Assembly (NCBI GenBank): GCA_035517535.1
Contig: DATIYR010000125.1
Span: 1 to 42,242 of the forward strand
Length of the DNA: 42,242 nucleotides
DNA from: Terriglobales bacterium
Lineage (GTDB): Bacteria; Acidobacteriota; Terriglobia; Terriglobales; Acidobacteriaceae
Direction: 5' to 3'
Shown: in pieces, positions 8,086-18,300 of the stretch
How positions within the stretch are numbered: position 1 is the stretch's first letter
How the letters are laid out: each line of letters starts with the position of its first letter
Position numbers and translations under genes: made by a program
The notes under the pieces: generated by a model
Databases searched by the model: none
Seen by the model: only the letters and a program-made list of their open reading frames with translations
Told to the model about the DNA's origin: nothing

Positions 8086-9630
8086 ATGACCACCACGCCA
8101 GCCCTCCGTAATGAAGTTGAAGCCGAAATCCTTACCCCCGGCGCGAGCGCGTTTCTGATCCGCCTGGCGCATGAATTCGAGCCAAGCCGCCAAAAATTGC
8201 TCGTGCGCCGCCGGGTTCGGCAGCAGCAAATTGACGCCGGCCAGCTTCCCGATTTTCTTCCCGAGACCGCGCACATCCGCCAGAGTGTATGGAAGGTTGC
8301 GCCCATTCCCAACGACCTACGGGACCGCCGCGTCGAGATCACCGGCCCGGTCGATCGCAAGATGATCATCAATGCGCTGAACTCGGGCGCAAGCGTGTTC
8401 ATGGCCGATTTTGAAGATTCCAATTCGCCGACCTGGAACAACAATATCGAGGGTCAGGCGAACCTGCGCGATGCGGTGCGCGGCACCATCAGCTATGTGA
8501 GTCCGGAAGGCAAGCGTTATCGGCTGAACCCGCCGGTCGCGACGTTGATGGTTCGCCCGCGCGGCTGGCATTTGGAGGAGAGGCATTTCACGGTCGATGG
8601 CAAACCAATTTCTGGGTCGCTCTTCGATTTCGGCTTGTTCTTCTTTCATAATGCGCAATTGCTGGTCGACAAAGGCACCGGCCCATATTTTTATCTGCCG
8701 AAAATGGAGAGTCATCTGGAAGCACGTCTATGGAATGACTTGTTCTGCTTCGCACAGGATGAACTCGGAATTCCGCGCGGTACGATTCGCGCCACTGTGT
8801 TGATTGAAACTATTCTCGCCGCCTTCGAAATGGACGAGATTCTTTACGAGTTACGTGAGCACTCCGCCGGACTGAACTGCGGACGCTGGGATTACATCTT
8901 CAGTTTCATCAAGAAATTTCGAAATCGCCCTGACTTTGTTTTGCCCGACCGTTCCACCGTCACCATGCACAGGCATTTTCTCCAGTCATACGTGGATCTG
9001 CTCATCCAAACCTGCCATCGACGCGGTATCCACGCCATGGGGGGCATGGCGGCACAAATTCCCATCAAGAACGATCTGGAAGCAAACGAAAAAGCGCTCG
9101 AAAAAGTTCGGCAGGACAAGCTACGCGAAGTCCGCGCCGGACACGACGGCACGTGGGTTGCACATCCTGGCCTGGTCCCGGTCGCGAAAGAGATCTTCGA
9201 CATGTACATGCCGCAACCGAACCAGATCGAAAAACGGCGCGATGATGTTCATGTCAAGGCGAGAGATCTGCTGACCGTTCCTGAAGGTCCGATCACGGCA
9301 GAGGGCTTGCGCTGGAACATCGACGTCGGCCTGCAATATCTCGAGTCGTGGCTGCGCGGTTCTGGCTGTGTGCCCATTTACAACCTGATGGAGGACGCTG
9401 CCACTGCGGAAATTTCGCGCGCACAAGTGTGGCAGTGGGTTCGCCATGGCGCCAAACTCGAGGACGGCCGCCCGGTCACGAAGGAATTAGTTCGGGCCGT
9501 GATCTCCGAACAGACAAATAAATTAAAGGGCGCACGCATGGCCGAAGCCGCGCAGCTTTATGACGAGATGATGACGAGCCCCAGTTTTGCGGAATTCCTG
9601 ACCTTAGTGGCTTATGATTACATCGAGTAG
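8086..9630 (+). CDS. aceB: Malate synthase A
   Basis: [87 protein letters not shown].. is the canonical malate synthase A family. The track start at 8080 is a TTG. The ATG at 8086 fits the family N-terminus better. Confidence 0.93.
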   Translation: MTTTPALRNEVEAEILTPGASAFLIRLAHEFEPSRQKLLVRRRVRQQQIDAGQLPDFLPETAHIRQSVWKVAPIPNDLRDRRVEITGPVDRKMIINALNSGASVFMADFEDSNSPTWNNNIEGQANLRDAVRGTISYVSPEGKRYRLNPPVATLMVRPRGWHLEERHFTVDGKPISGSLFDFGLFFFHNAQLLVDKGTGPYFYLPKMESHLEARLWNDLFCFAQDELGIPRGTIRATVLIETILAAFEMDEILYELREHSAGLNCGRWDYIFSFIKKFRNRPDFVLPDRSTVTMHRHFLQSYVDLLIQTCHRRGIHAMGGMAAQIPIKNDLEANEKALEKVRQDKLREVRAGHDGTWVAHPGLVPVAKEIFDMYMPQPNQIEKRRDDVHVKARDLLTVPEGPITAEGLRWNIDVGLQYLESWLRGSGCVPIYNLMEDAATAEISRAQVWQWVRHGAKLEDGRPVTKELVRAVISEQTNKLKGARMAEAAQLYDEMMTSPSFAEFLTLVAYDYIE

Positions 9631-9650
9631 CGCTCCCGCCTGCTCGAACA

Positions 9651-11294
9651 ATGAAGCCTAACTCCACGGACATTTCTGACGAGTTGTTGGCCCAACTCAA
9701 GGACCATCTCGTCTGTCGCCGCGTGGCGCGCGGGATGGCACTGCTCGAAGAACATCACAACCTGCTGACCTATTTCGATCCCGACAAAAAGAATGCCGGA
9801 CGTTTTGCCGGCTACGTGGCGCAATGGGTTGATCTTGGGTTTAAACGTCCGACGCTGGTCACGCAGATTCTCGCAAACTTTTCAAAGCCTATTCGCGGCC
9901 GGTTGCCGTTGCTCGATTATCTTTATCTACGCATGGCGGAAGCCATGGTGGCAATGGCCGAGGAATTAAAAGAAGAAGCCATTTCCAACATCGATTTCGT
10001 TCTCGGTCTCGACAACGAAACCGACGACCGTGAGTTGATCGCCATCGCCTATTTCTGGAAAGGCCGCTGCTTGCGCATGAAGGGGGAGTACGACCAGGCG
10101 CTCACATTCGCGGTGAAAGGGCGTGATCTTGCACTTGAACTTGGCCACAAACCGATGGCCGCAGTTTCACGTGTGCTCGAGAGCTGGCTTCACTTCCAGA
10201 AGGGCGATGCCAAGCAAGCGACAAATATTCTGCAGGAAGCTGAATCGGTGCTCAGCACGACTGATGACTATCTGACCCTGGGAAATATTCAATCTTCGTA
10301 CGGGCGCATCGCTCGTCGTCAGGGGCGATATCAGCACGCCATCGACAACTTCACGGCGGCGATTGCTTTTTACAAAAAGCGCGATCCTCAACACCGCAAC
10401 GTTGCGCGTTCGCTGAACAATATGGCATACGTGAAGCGGCTGATCGCGCTGCAACTGCGTCGCAAGATCGATGCCGATGCCGCCCGCCGCCGCAAAGCTG
10501 CCGCGCGTGGCCGCGCTGGAAACGGCCAGGTAAAAACGCCCTATCGCCATCGCTTTGAGCAATTGCGTGAAGAGGCGCTTGCCGAGCTCGCCGAGGCCGC
10601 CGCAATTTATCAGCAGTACGAGAACCATCACGGCCTCGGCAGCGTGCACTTGAACTACGCATATCTGCACCTCGATAACGGCGATCTGGAGCACGCCGAA
10701 GCCTCGGCCAAAACTGCCTTCGATCTCGGCGAAGACAAGAAAGATTTTATCCTCATGGCGCGGGCTCGCCTGGTTCGCTGCATGATCGAGAACGCTCGCG
10801 TGGAAGAAGGAATTGGCGAGAGCACCGAACCGGGTAATCACGCCCGCCTGGCGCAGGATTTTGCCCACGAAGCGGTCGAACTCGCAAAGCACACGCAAAA
10901 CCGGCGCCTGCTCGCGCACACTCTTATTTGGCAGGGGCTCACTTGCTGCAATCGCTTCTTCGACGATACCGATGCCGCACGTCATTGCTACGACCAGGCC
11001 GCCAGTCTTTCGAAGGACGGTCACGCCGAAAATGCCTGGCAGGACTTTCAGACGTTGAAGACCAAGGTGCTGCGCGGCGGCAGCGTGAATCCCATACTGC
11101 GCGCCTGGTCCCAGGGATCGGTAGGCGACAAGACGTTCCAGCAGCTCAGCGAAGAATTTGCCGAGCTGGTGATTCCCAAAGTTTGGGAGCGCGAGGGAAG
11201 AAAAGTTTCCCGGGTAGCAGCACGCCTTTCAGTCTCGCCAAAAAAAGTCCGACGGATTCTGAACCGCGTCGGACGCAGAAAGCCGTCGAAGTAA
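9651..11294 (+). CDS. TPR-repeat protein with C-terminal Fis-type helix-turn-helix (putative transcriptional regulator)
   Basis: 547 aa. Repeated TPR-like helical pairs (..AIAYFWKGRCLRMKGEYDQAL.., ..LGNIQSSYGRIARRQGRYQHAIDNFTAAIAFY..). The C-terminus RKVSRVAARLSVSPKKVRRILNRVG is typical of Fis-family HTH. Starts 20 nt after aceB. Confidence 0.7.
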   Translation: MKPNSTDISDELLAQLKDHLVCRRVARGMALLEEHHNLLTYFDPDKKNAGRFAGYVAQWVDLGFKRPTLVTQILANFSKPIRGRLPLLDYLYLRMAEAMVAMAEELKEEAISNIDFVLGLDNETDDRELIAIAYFWKGRCLRMKGEYDQALTFAVKGRDLALELGHKPMAAVSRVLESWLHFQKGDAKQATNILQEAESVLSTTDDYLTLGNIQSSYGRIARRQGRYQHAIDNFTAAIAFYKKRDPQHRNVARSLNNMAYVKRLIALQLRRKIDADAARRRKAAARGRAGNGQVKTPYRHRFEQLREEALAELAEAAAIYQQYENHHGLGSVHLNYAYLHLDNGDLEHAEASAKTAFDLGEDKKDFILMARARLVRCMIENARVEEGIGESTEPGNHARLAQDFAHEAVELAKHTQNRRLLAHTLIWQGLTCCNRFFDDTDAARHCYDQAASLSKDGHAENAWQDFQTLKTKVLRGGSVNPILRAWSQGSVGDKTFQQLSEEFAELVIPKVWEREGRKVSRVAARLSVSPKKVRRILNRVGRRKPSK

Positions 11295-11338
11295 GTCGTC
11301 AGGCGCTCAAACCTTTCTTGCCCACCGACGCACAGGAA

Positions 11339-11354
11339 CGTGATGGTGATCACA
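11339..11354. promoter_or_regulatory. CRP-type box, 9/10 match (cGTGAtggtgaTCACA)
   Basis: Read directly. Intergenic, centred about 45 nt upstream of the ABC1-kinase ATG (11392). Confidence 0.35.
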
Positions 11355-11391
11355 GCGCAGCCTGTATACCGCGCTTATGGTTTAGATATCG

Positions 11392-13062
11392 ATGCTTGAG
11401 ACTTCCAACCTCGAGGCGAACCTTCGGCAGGTGTCTCCCGGGCAGTTGCGAAACGCACTGAGCAATTTCTTTCCCAGCAATGCCACCGCAGCCCAAAAAA
11501 TCAGCCTCATTGAAGCGATGCTGCGTACGCCAGCGGGACAGCTACTGCGCGAGGCAATGGCGCGCTGGATCGTGGACGAGATTGTTCCCGTCGAGCGGTT
11601 GGTTCCTGAGACATACCTGAAGTGGCGAGGGCCGGTCCGCGACTCGATGATGTTTGTAGTGGCGCGTCTTTCTCCCGAACGCCTGGCGCCTAAACTGGTC
11701 GAACAAATCGACCTTCCCGAACTCACTACGCCGGAACAACGCCTGCTGCGGCTGATTGCTAGAGTTCCCGGCCTGCAGAAGCTCGGGCAGGTGATCGCGC
11801 GCAACCAGCACTTGCGGCCGGCTTTGCGCAAAGCGCTTGCTCGCCTTGAGAACGGCATTCGTGACGTTAAACCGGCGGAAATACGCTTGATCATTCAAAG
11901 CGAACTGGGTAAGCGCCTCGAGAAATACGAAGTTCAAATCGCTCCCGCCATCCTCTCGGAAGCCAGCGTCAGCGCCGTCATTCGTTTCACCTGGACGAAT
12001 CCGCAGACCGGCAGGCGTGAACGTGGCGTGTTTAAAGTACTCAAGCCGCACATTCCCGCTTTTTTCGCCGAGGACATGGATTACCTCGAAGGCCTGGCAC
12101 AATACTTCGGAGATCGTCACCATCGATACGGCTTCCCTGCGCATTTGATTCCGGATACTTTCAAAAAAGTCCGGCGACTGTTGCAGCACGAAGTAAATTT
12201 CGTGCGCGAACAGAAAACGTTGTTAGAGGCGGCGTCGCTTTATCGCGGCATCAAGGGAGTACGAGTTCCCCGCTTGATTCAGCCGCTCTCAACCAGCACA
12301 ATCACCGCGCTCAGCGAAGAATACGGAGTCAAGGTGACCAACGCTGCCGCGCACCTGCCGCCCCCGGCGCGCAAGAAACTTGTCCAGCAACTTATCCAGG
12401 CACTGGTCGCAGTTCCCCTGATGTCATCACAAGAGAATGCCGTGTTTCATGGCGACCCGCACGCCGGCAATCTTCTCTATAACCGCCGCAATGGTGAACT
12501 GACGATCATCGATTGGGCGCTGCGCGAACGCTTGAGCCGCGAACAGCGGCGACATCTTGCGCTCCTATTTCTTATGGTGGGATTGCGTGATCCCATGGGG
12601 GCGGCAAGCGAAACTCTCGCGCTGAGTCAGAACCCTATCCGCAGCGACTCGAAGCTGGCGAAGGAGATACGCGACACGGCCAGCACATTTGTGGAAACGC
12701 TTCCCGCCAAGTACTTTCCGAGCGCAGGTGATGCGATGAAACTTCTCGAGAAAGCGGCATTGAGCGGCGTCAAATTTCCCGGAGCACTGGTGATGTTGTC
12801 AAAGGTAATGTTCACCCTGGATGGCCTCCTGACCGACATCAGCGGTGACCGCAGCGGCATTGGTTTCGGAGTGGCGCGGCAGGTAGCAGGACACTGGATC
12901 ACGCATCGCAACGGACTGCGCTCACCGTTGACTATGCAGGATTGGATCACCCTCCAGTGTAGTGGGCTGCTTTACGCAGGTCGTATGTGGCTGAAATACG
13001 AGCAGTCATTGGTCGATCGCTACCTGCCACTCAATCAAGCGACAGAAGCAGCGGGAGCATGA
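11392..13062 (+). CDS. ABC1/UbiB-family atypical protein kinase
   Basis: 556 aa. ..RGVFKVLKPHI.. (VAVKxxxP-like Lys motif) and ..VFHGDPHAGNLLY.. (HxDxHxGN catalytic motif) are characteristic of the ABC1/AarF/UbiB family. Confidence 0.85.
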   Translation: MLETSNLEANLRQVSPGQLRNALSNFFPSNATAAQKISLIEAMLRTPAGQLLREAMARWIVDEIVPVERLVPETYLKWRGPVRDSMMFVVARLSPERLAPKLVEQIDLPELTTPEQRLLRLIARVPGLQKLGQVIARNQHLRPALRKALARLENGIRDVKPAEIRLIIQSELGKRLEKYEVQIAPAILSEASVSAVIRFTWTNPQTGRRERGVFKVLKPHIPAFFAEDMDYLEGLAQYFGDRHHRYGFPAHLIPDTFKKVRRLLQHEVNFVREQKTLLEAASLYRGIKGVRVPRLIQPLSTSTITALSEEYGVKVTNAAAHLPPPARKKLVQQLIQALVAVPLMSSQENAVFHGDPHAGNLLYNRRNGELTIIDWALRERLSREQRRHLALLFLMVGLRDPMGAASETLALSQNPIRSDSKLAKEIRDTASTFVETLPAKYFPSAGDAMKLLEKAALSGVKFPGALVMLSKVMFTLDGLLTDISGDRSGIGFGVARQVAGHWITHRNGLRSPLTMQDWITLQCSGLLYAGRMWLKYEQSLVDRYLPLNQATEAAGA

Positions 13063-13529
13063 GGATGAAAAAACTTCCAGAAGTTGACGACGCAAAGCGA
13101 GTGATGAATGAGGCGCTGGACTGGTCGGTGTTCACGTGGCTCTTCCAAAAAGGTAAAGTCCGGGAAATTGCCGACCAGGCAAACGCCGCGCTGGACAAGC
13201 TAAACGCGGCGACTAAAGCAAAGTGGGACACCGAAAGCAGGTCTGCTTACAAGCACCTCACCGGCAAAGAGCGCCATTCACACGCCAATGGTGATGGCTC
13301 GACTCTTGTCGATTCGGAGCTCTCTGACTTTGTAACAAAAGTTAAAGAGGCTGACGAAGCTGCGCAGCGCGCGCGTCTCAGAGCGGAGGAGACCTTCGAC
13401 GAAGCCGAGCGTCAGTTGAACACGGAGTTGGCTCGAGAAGGTTGTCGCCAGGCCATCCATTCGTGGGAGTTGCACGAAAAAGCTATTCGCCGCGCAGAGA
13501 CGGCTCCCAATAAGGTCAAGGCGGGTTAG
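13059..13529 (+). CDS. Hypothetical coiled-coil protein, translationally coupled to the ABC1 kinase
   Basis: ATGA start/stop overlap with the upstream gene. An alternative ATG at 13065 has GGGAG 7 nt upstream. Charged helical sequence (..ADEAAQRARLRAEETFDEAERQLNTELAREG..). No family recognised. Confidence 0.5.
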   Translation: MRMKKLPEVDDAKRVMNEALDWSVFTWLFQKGKVREIADQANAALDKLNAATKAKWDTESRSAYKHLTGKERHSHANGDGSTLVDSELSDFVTKVKEADEAAQRARLRAEETFDEAERQLNTELAREGCRQAIHSWELHEKAIRRAETAPNKVKAG

Positions 13530-14605
13530 TCTTCTCGGCCAGCCAGGGGCGAGTTACTTCCCTTTTCATCCGTCTGCATCGGCGAACTGGGCGCCGCGAA
13601 CTTAGTTCCGCGCACCCGGGTTTCAATCACTTCAGAAATTCGTCGCAGCGCGTCCGCGCTCTGTGGCGAATCGAACCCGAAGAGCTGAAAAACGTGAGGC
13701 ATTCCTTTCCAGCTTTCAAGAACAGCTTCCGTTCCGTGATTACGAGCGTGGTCAACAAATGTCTTTATGCTGGGAAACAAAATCTCCGCGGTTCCAGCTT
13801 GGATGTATATCTCAGCAAGCCCGCCGAGGTTGGCGTGCACGGGCGAAACCAGCGGCTTTCGACGCTGTTCAGGTTTGCAGAACCAATCCCGCCATTGCCC
13901 CAGCATCGGCTCGCTGATCCAATCTGCGCTGCTCGGCTGGATCTGATCTAGACCAAAATCGGTAGCGGGCGATAACGCGATTGCCAAAGCGGGAGCAGCA
14001 AGACCAGCGTCCCGGATGCTTAGCAGCAGCGTAATCGCCAGGTGACCACCGGCGGAATCTCCCGCGACCACAAGGCGATCAGGGTCCGTGCCATTTTTCA
14101 AAAGCCAACCATACGCATTCAGCGCATCCTCAAGTTGCGCGGGGAAAAGATGTTCGGGCGCGAGGCGATAATCGAGAGCGAAGGTTTTCGACTTCGCTGC
14201 CAAAGTAATCAGGCTGATGAAATACTCATAACTTTTCGGATAAAAACTGTATCCGCCGCCATGAAAGTAAAGCAAAGTAATCGGGTCTTCTACATCGTTT
14301 GTTGTGAACCATGTTCCTGAGAACATGGTTTCGTCGGCCCGATTGAGGGTAACGCCGTTCATAAAGGGAGAGTGAATGGTGATCGAATCCAGATAGGAGC
14401 GTGCATCCTCCACATTCAGTTCGAATGCGGTGTTCAGCAGCTTGCCGAGGGCATCGCAGCCGGCTTCAACCGTCCAGTTCCACTGCGGGTAGCGACGGCC
14501 CCTGAGCGCCCGGCGCGCAGAAACTTCAATCGCAGATGCGATCAGTTGCGATGCGCTGCGGATCCGGTAGTGCGCGGGACCGGTAAATGCAATACGCGCG
14601 GACAT
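13526..14605 (-). CDS. Alpha/beta hydrolase, hormone-sensitive-lipase (family IV esterase) type
   Basis: 359 aa. Oxyanion motif LLYFHGGGYSF, nucleophile elbow VVAGDSAGGHLA, C-terminal His (GMPHVFQ). Last gene of the minus-strand array, 12 nt after the PPTase stop. Confidence 0.85.
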   Translation of the reverse strand: MSARIAFTGPAHYRIRSASQLIASAIEVSARRALRGRRYPQWNWTVEAGCDALGKLLNTAFELNVEDARSYLDSITIHSPFMNGVTLNRADETMFSGTWFTTNDVEDPITLLYFHGGGYSFYPKSYEYFISLITLAAKSKTFALDYRLAPEHLFPAQLEDALNAYGWLLKNGTDPDRLVVAGDSAGGHLAITLLLSIRDAGLAAPALAIALSPATDFGLDQIQPSSADWISEPMLGQWRDWFCKPEQRRKPLVSPVHANLGGLAEIYIQAGTAEILFPSIKTFVDHARNHGTEAVLESWKGMPHVFQLFGFDSPQSADALRRISEVIETRVRGTKFAAPSSPMQTDEKGSNSPLAGRED

Positions 14606-14617
14606 AAAAAACTTGAC

Positions 14618-15334
14618 TCAAGCGCATGCGCTCCAATAGTGCGGCGCAGACTTGAGTTGCACGGGACAATCCAAAGGCCAAGCGGCGGCAATGGTGCGAA
14701 CAAAACCACCACTCTGTTGCCACCACCCATGGAAGACGAGACCGCTTCCGTTGTGAATTCGCAGCCGACTCCAGCCGTTGATATCGCCCGAATCGGCTTC
14801 GTCTTCAACGGCTAACGATCGGGTGTCAATACGCAACCCTTCATGTAACGCTTTAAGTACGCTTTCCTTCGCACTCCAAAATAGCGCCACCAGGCGCATC
14901 CGACTTGGCGCTGGTGCAGCCGCAATAAACTGCTGTTCGTGTTCCGTAAAGTAGTCAGCGACAAACGCCGCGCTATGGGGCTCGACCAATTCAAGGTCGC
15001 ATCCCAGCGCGACATCGCCGTTTGCAACTGTGCAGAGAGATCTGCCCGCGCGATGGCTAATTGAAATCGGCAACTTCAGCGGACGTTCTTCAAGAAATAC
15101 TTCGGGTGCGCCGGAAGCAGCGGGGCGTATCTCTATGCGCGCCAAAACCTCGGGACGAAACGGTAACTGCAAATACCAAGCGACCGCGCACTTCGCAGTC
15201 CAACGTCCCAGCCGCCAGTCAGAGCGCCGCTTCGGAATGACAAAAGACTTGAGCCGGAGGAGTTCGGTTTCGCTGAAGAATTCGTCGTTCGTCGGTACGT
15301 CGGATTCGGTCTGCTCCAACCAATAAACATGCAT
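14618..15334 (-). CDS. Sfp/EntD-type 4'-phosphopantetheinyl transferase
   Basis: 238 aa. ..RRSDWRLGRWTAKCAV.., ..ISISHRAGRSLC.., ..LGCDLELVEP.. and ..FWSAKESVLKALHEGL.. match the conserved PPTase-superfamily motifs (G-x-D, W-x-x-KE-x-x-x-K). Confidence 0.85.
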   Translation of the reverse strand: MHVYWLEQTESDVPTNDEFFSETELLRLKSFVIPKRRSDWRLGRWTAKCAVAWYLQLPFRPEVLARIEIRPAASGAPEVFLEERPLKLPISISHRAGRSLCTVANGDVALGCDLELVEPHSAAFVADYFTEHEQQFIAAAPAPSRMRLVALFWSAKESVLKALHEGLRIDTRSLAVEDEADSGDINGWSRLRIHNGSGLVFHGWWQQSGGFVRTIAAAWPLDCPVQLKSAPHYWSACA

Positions 15335-15352
15335 GAGGTCAGTCCATCTATC

Positions 15353-18300
15353 TTATGCAGCTTGTACGGCAGCGATCTCTTGTTTTGCGCTCTCCTCTTC
15401 CCTTGCGATCCCGCGTTCGATCGCCCCGATCAGATACGGCCGCAGTTTCCCCGGCGGAATGATGCAATCGAGCGCGCCCACTTGCAGAGCACGGTGTACG
15501 CTGTGCACACGGTCGAACTCCGCCGCCGTTTCGCCCAACTTCTCCGAGTGCACTTTGGCGAATAACTCATCCCATTGCGCGCGCAGGCGACCCTTTTCTG
15601 CCCCTTCAGCTTTTGCCATTGCTTCAGCCAGTGGCTGCAGACGAGGGTCCTTGCGGGCTTTCGCCTCGACCTCGCTCGCAAAAACCACGGCCGCGGCCGG
15701 CGCTCCACCGATCACAGAAGCGTACGTCCCTTCGAGCGCTGCGACTTCCAATTGCTGATTCAGGGCGCGCGAGAAAACCACGTAAGCGCCACCGTGATAT
15801 CGCGAAATGACACAGAAGACCATCGGGCCTTTAAAATTCACCACGGCGCGACCGATCTCGGCACCGTATTCGAGCTGCAGCCGCCGCATGGATTCCGGCG
15901 AGCCATCAAAACCGGACAAGTTCGCAAGGACAACCACGGGTCGGTTGTTGCTGGCCGCATTTATCGCCCGCGCAACTTTCTTCGACGATTGCGGAAACAA
16001 CGTACCCGACGTCCATTGATCCGGCCCATCGGCAGGCACGAAGCCAAAACGAGGCAGTGGGCGAGATTCGAGGCCAATGAGGCAAACCGGATATCCTCCC
16101 AGGTGCGAATCCCATACGACCGCGGTTTCTGCGGCCCTCATCCCCGCCCACCGTTCGAGCGGAACATGGTCCTGGTCCATGGTTGCGAGCATCACGTTGC
16201 GAATGTCGAACGACTTCTTGCGCCCTGGATTGGTCTCGTCTGAGAGAATCTCTCCCACACGCGTGAATCCTTCTTCGCCGCCGGCATGCGGATAATCGCG
16301 GACATCGCGTTCGCGGAGATCGGCAGTTTCCGCGCGGCGTGGGAATCGCTCGCCTGGAGCAACGTAGGTGTGCTCATAGTGCCGAAAGAGAATCTGGCAG
16401 GCTTCGTCGAGGTCCTGCGCCCAATACTGCGCCTGGCCATTGACTCCCATGATGCGGTCATAACCACCGATGCCCTGGTTGTCTTCGGCGGAAATCCCTC
16501 CGGAATAATCGAGCGCACGTTTGCCGGTCAGCACCATGGCGGCTTTCGGCGTCATCACCAGAATTCCCCGCGTATGCATGAGCATGGTAGCCTCGGCATT
16601 CCAGTAAGGCTGCGCCCCAACGTTGATCCCATTAATAATGAGATTGACTTCGCCACCGGCTTGGGTGAACTCCACCAGGCGCCGCAACGCGCGTGCGATC
16701 CAATCCATATTTTCAACGCCGCTGCTCATGGAAATCTTGGCGCCGGCTGAAATCGGGAACCATTCGAGCGGGACTTTCATTTCTTCGGCGAGGTCGAGCG
16801 CGGCAATAATCCGGCGGCACTCCGGCTCGGCCAGTGCGCCCAGATCCTTACTGGGATCGCCAAGCAGCAACACCCGCGTCATTCCTTCGGGATATCTGGT
16901 AGTGAAGTTGCGAATCACCCCCGCGATAATGTTGGCCTTGTTTTGGCCGTATGGCCGGGAGACCGGCACCAGGCGATTCTCGGCACCGAGATCGTGCTCC
17001 ATGAATTCTCCAGGCGGGAATTCCGAGCGTGCATGTTCGCGCGGCGGCGTAATCAAGTTGACGATCTCGTACGGATAAATCATTCCCCGCTGGCGCATGC
17101 GCACGACTTTTTGTTTGTATTCATCCAGCGGTTTCATGGGTTCGAGTTGCTGGTCGGCAGGCCGGAAGCTGGTTACCATTCCCCGGCCGGCTGGACTCGA
17201 GATGCGGACCACCATGTCGCGTACTTCACCGGTGGCTGGATTAGGAATACGGGTGCGTACGACCACCTGCTCAAGCCCCAATCCTTGGGTGGCGGGAGTC
17301 AGCCGGCGCACAATGTCGCGCAATTCTTCCCGCTGCAAATTCAGTGGGGGCCAGATATATAAAAGGATGCGGTTCCACCACAGACGTCGATTAACCGGCC
17401 GGCTCGACTGAAAAAGACGGATGCTTGCCAGGGCTTCGGTAAACATACGTTCAAGGTGCGGCAGCTTCAGGATCCGGCCCGATTCATCGCGCACCGGTGT
17501 GACGTCCCGCACCTCGGCGCATGCAATCAAACGCTCGTCCTTCGGATTTTCTCGCGCGACACAGTGAAGCAGGTAAACATCCTCGACCGAGGGCAGCCGC
17601 TCGATATTGAAATTACTGAGCCGCCAGAGGTGTAGCCGCTTGGCCATCATCGGGTGGATGCCGCGAACCAGTTTTTCTTCCTCATAGCCGTTCGTTCCAG
17701 CCGGCCGGAAAGTGAAGTGCTGCATTCCGCCTGCGCCCTGGGCGTGGACTGAACTTGCAACCTCTACCACGATCCGGCGAATCAGGCGCGGGAACTTGAT
17801 TCCAGCAAGCACAGTCCGAAGTTCTTGTTGTGTGCAGTCCGCTTCAGCCGGCTGCCCTTCATGCCATGAGTAAAAGTCGAGAACGATGTCGTGATCTTCA
17901 GGAACATCCTTCAGCAACCCACAGATTCCAGTCGCCGCGTTTGCTAACTGCGCGTATTCGGTATGCGTGGTGAACATATGAATGCGTCGGCCTTCGTGTT
18001 CGTATTCTGCCGCGGCGTAGCAACGTCCATCGATATCCAACGAGCGGAAGTTCTCAAGCGCACGAATACGGTAATAGCGCCACATAATGGCTTCGAGCAT
18101 CAGCTTGCGCATGCCCATGCTCGACGAGGCAAACCGGCTCGAGAGCAGTCCGACCAGGGGTTGCGGGCACTCCACCAGTTCGCGCACCTGCTCGTGCCGG
18201 TCTGGCGCTTCCGGGTTCGCTGCGATGCGAGCGAGCTGCTGTTTCACTTTGTCGTAAACCTCTTTGCGGGCCCGCTCGAAAAGCGGCTGATCGAAGTAGC

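Noticed and set aside
6537-8444. 635-aa minus-strand ORF in the track that would extend isocitrate lyase about 166 aa upstream, across the aceB start
   Set aside because: The extra N-terminus is Arg/Cys-rich nonsense and overlaps the divergent aceB gene. The ICL family N-terminus begins at the ATG at 7946, which has a strong AAGGAAGG Shine-Dalgarno.
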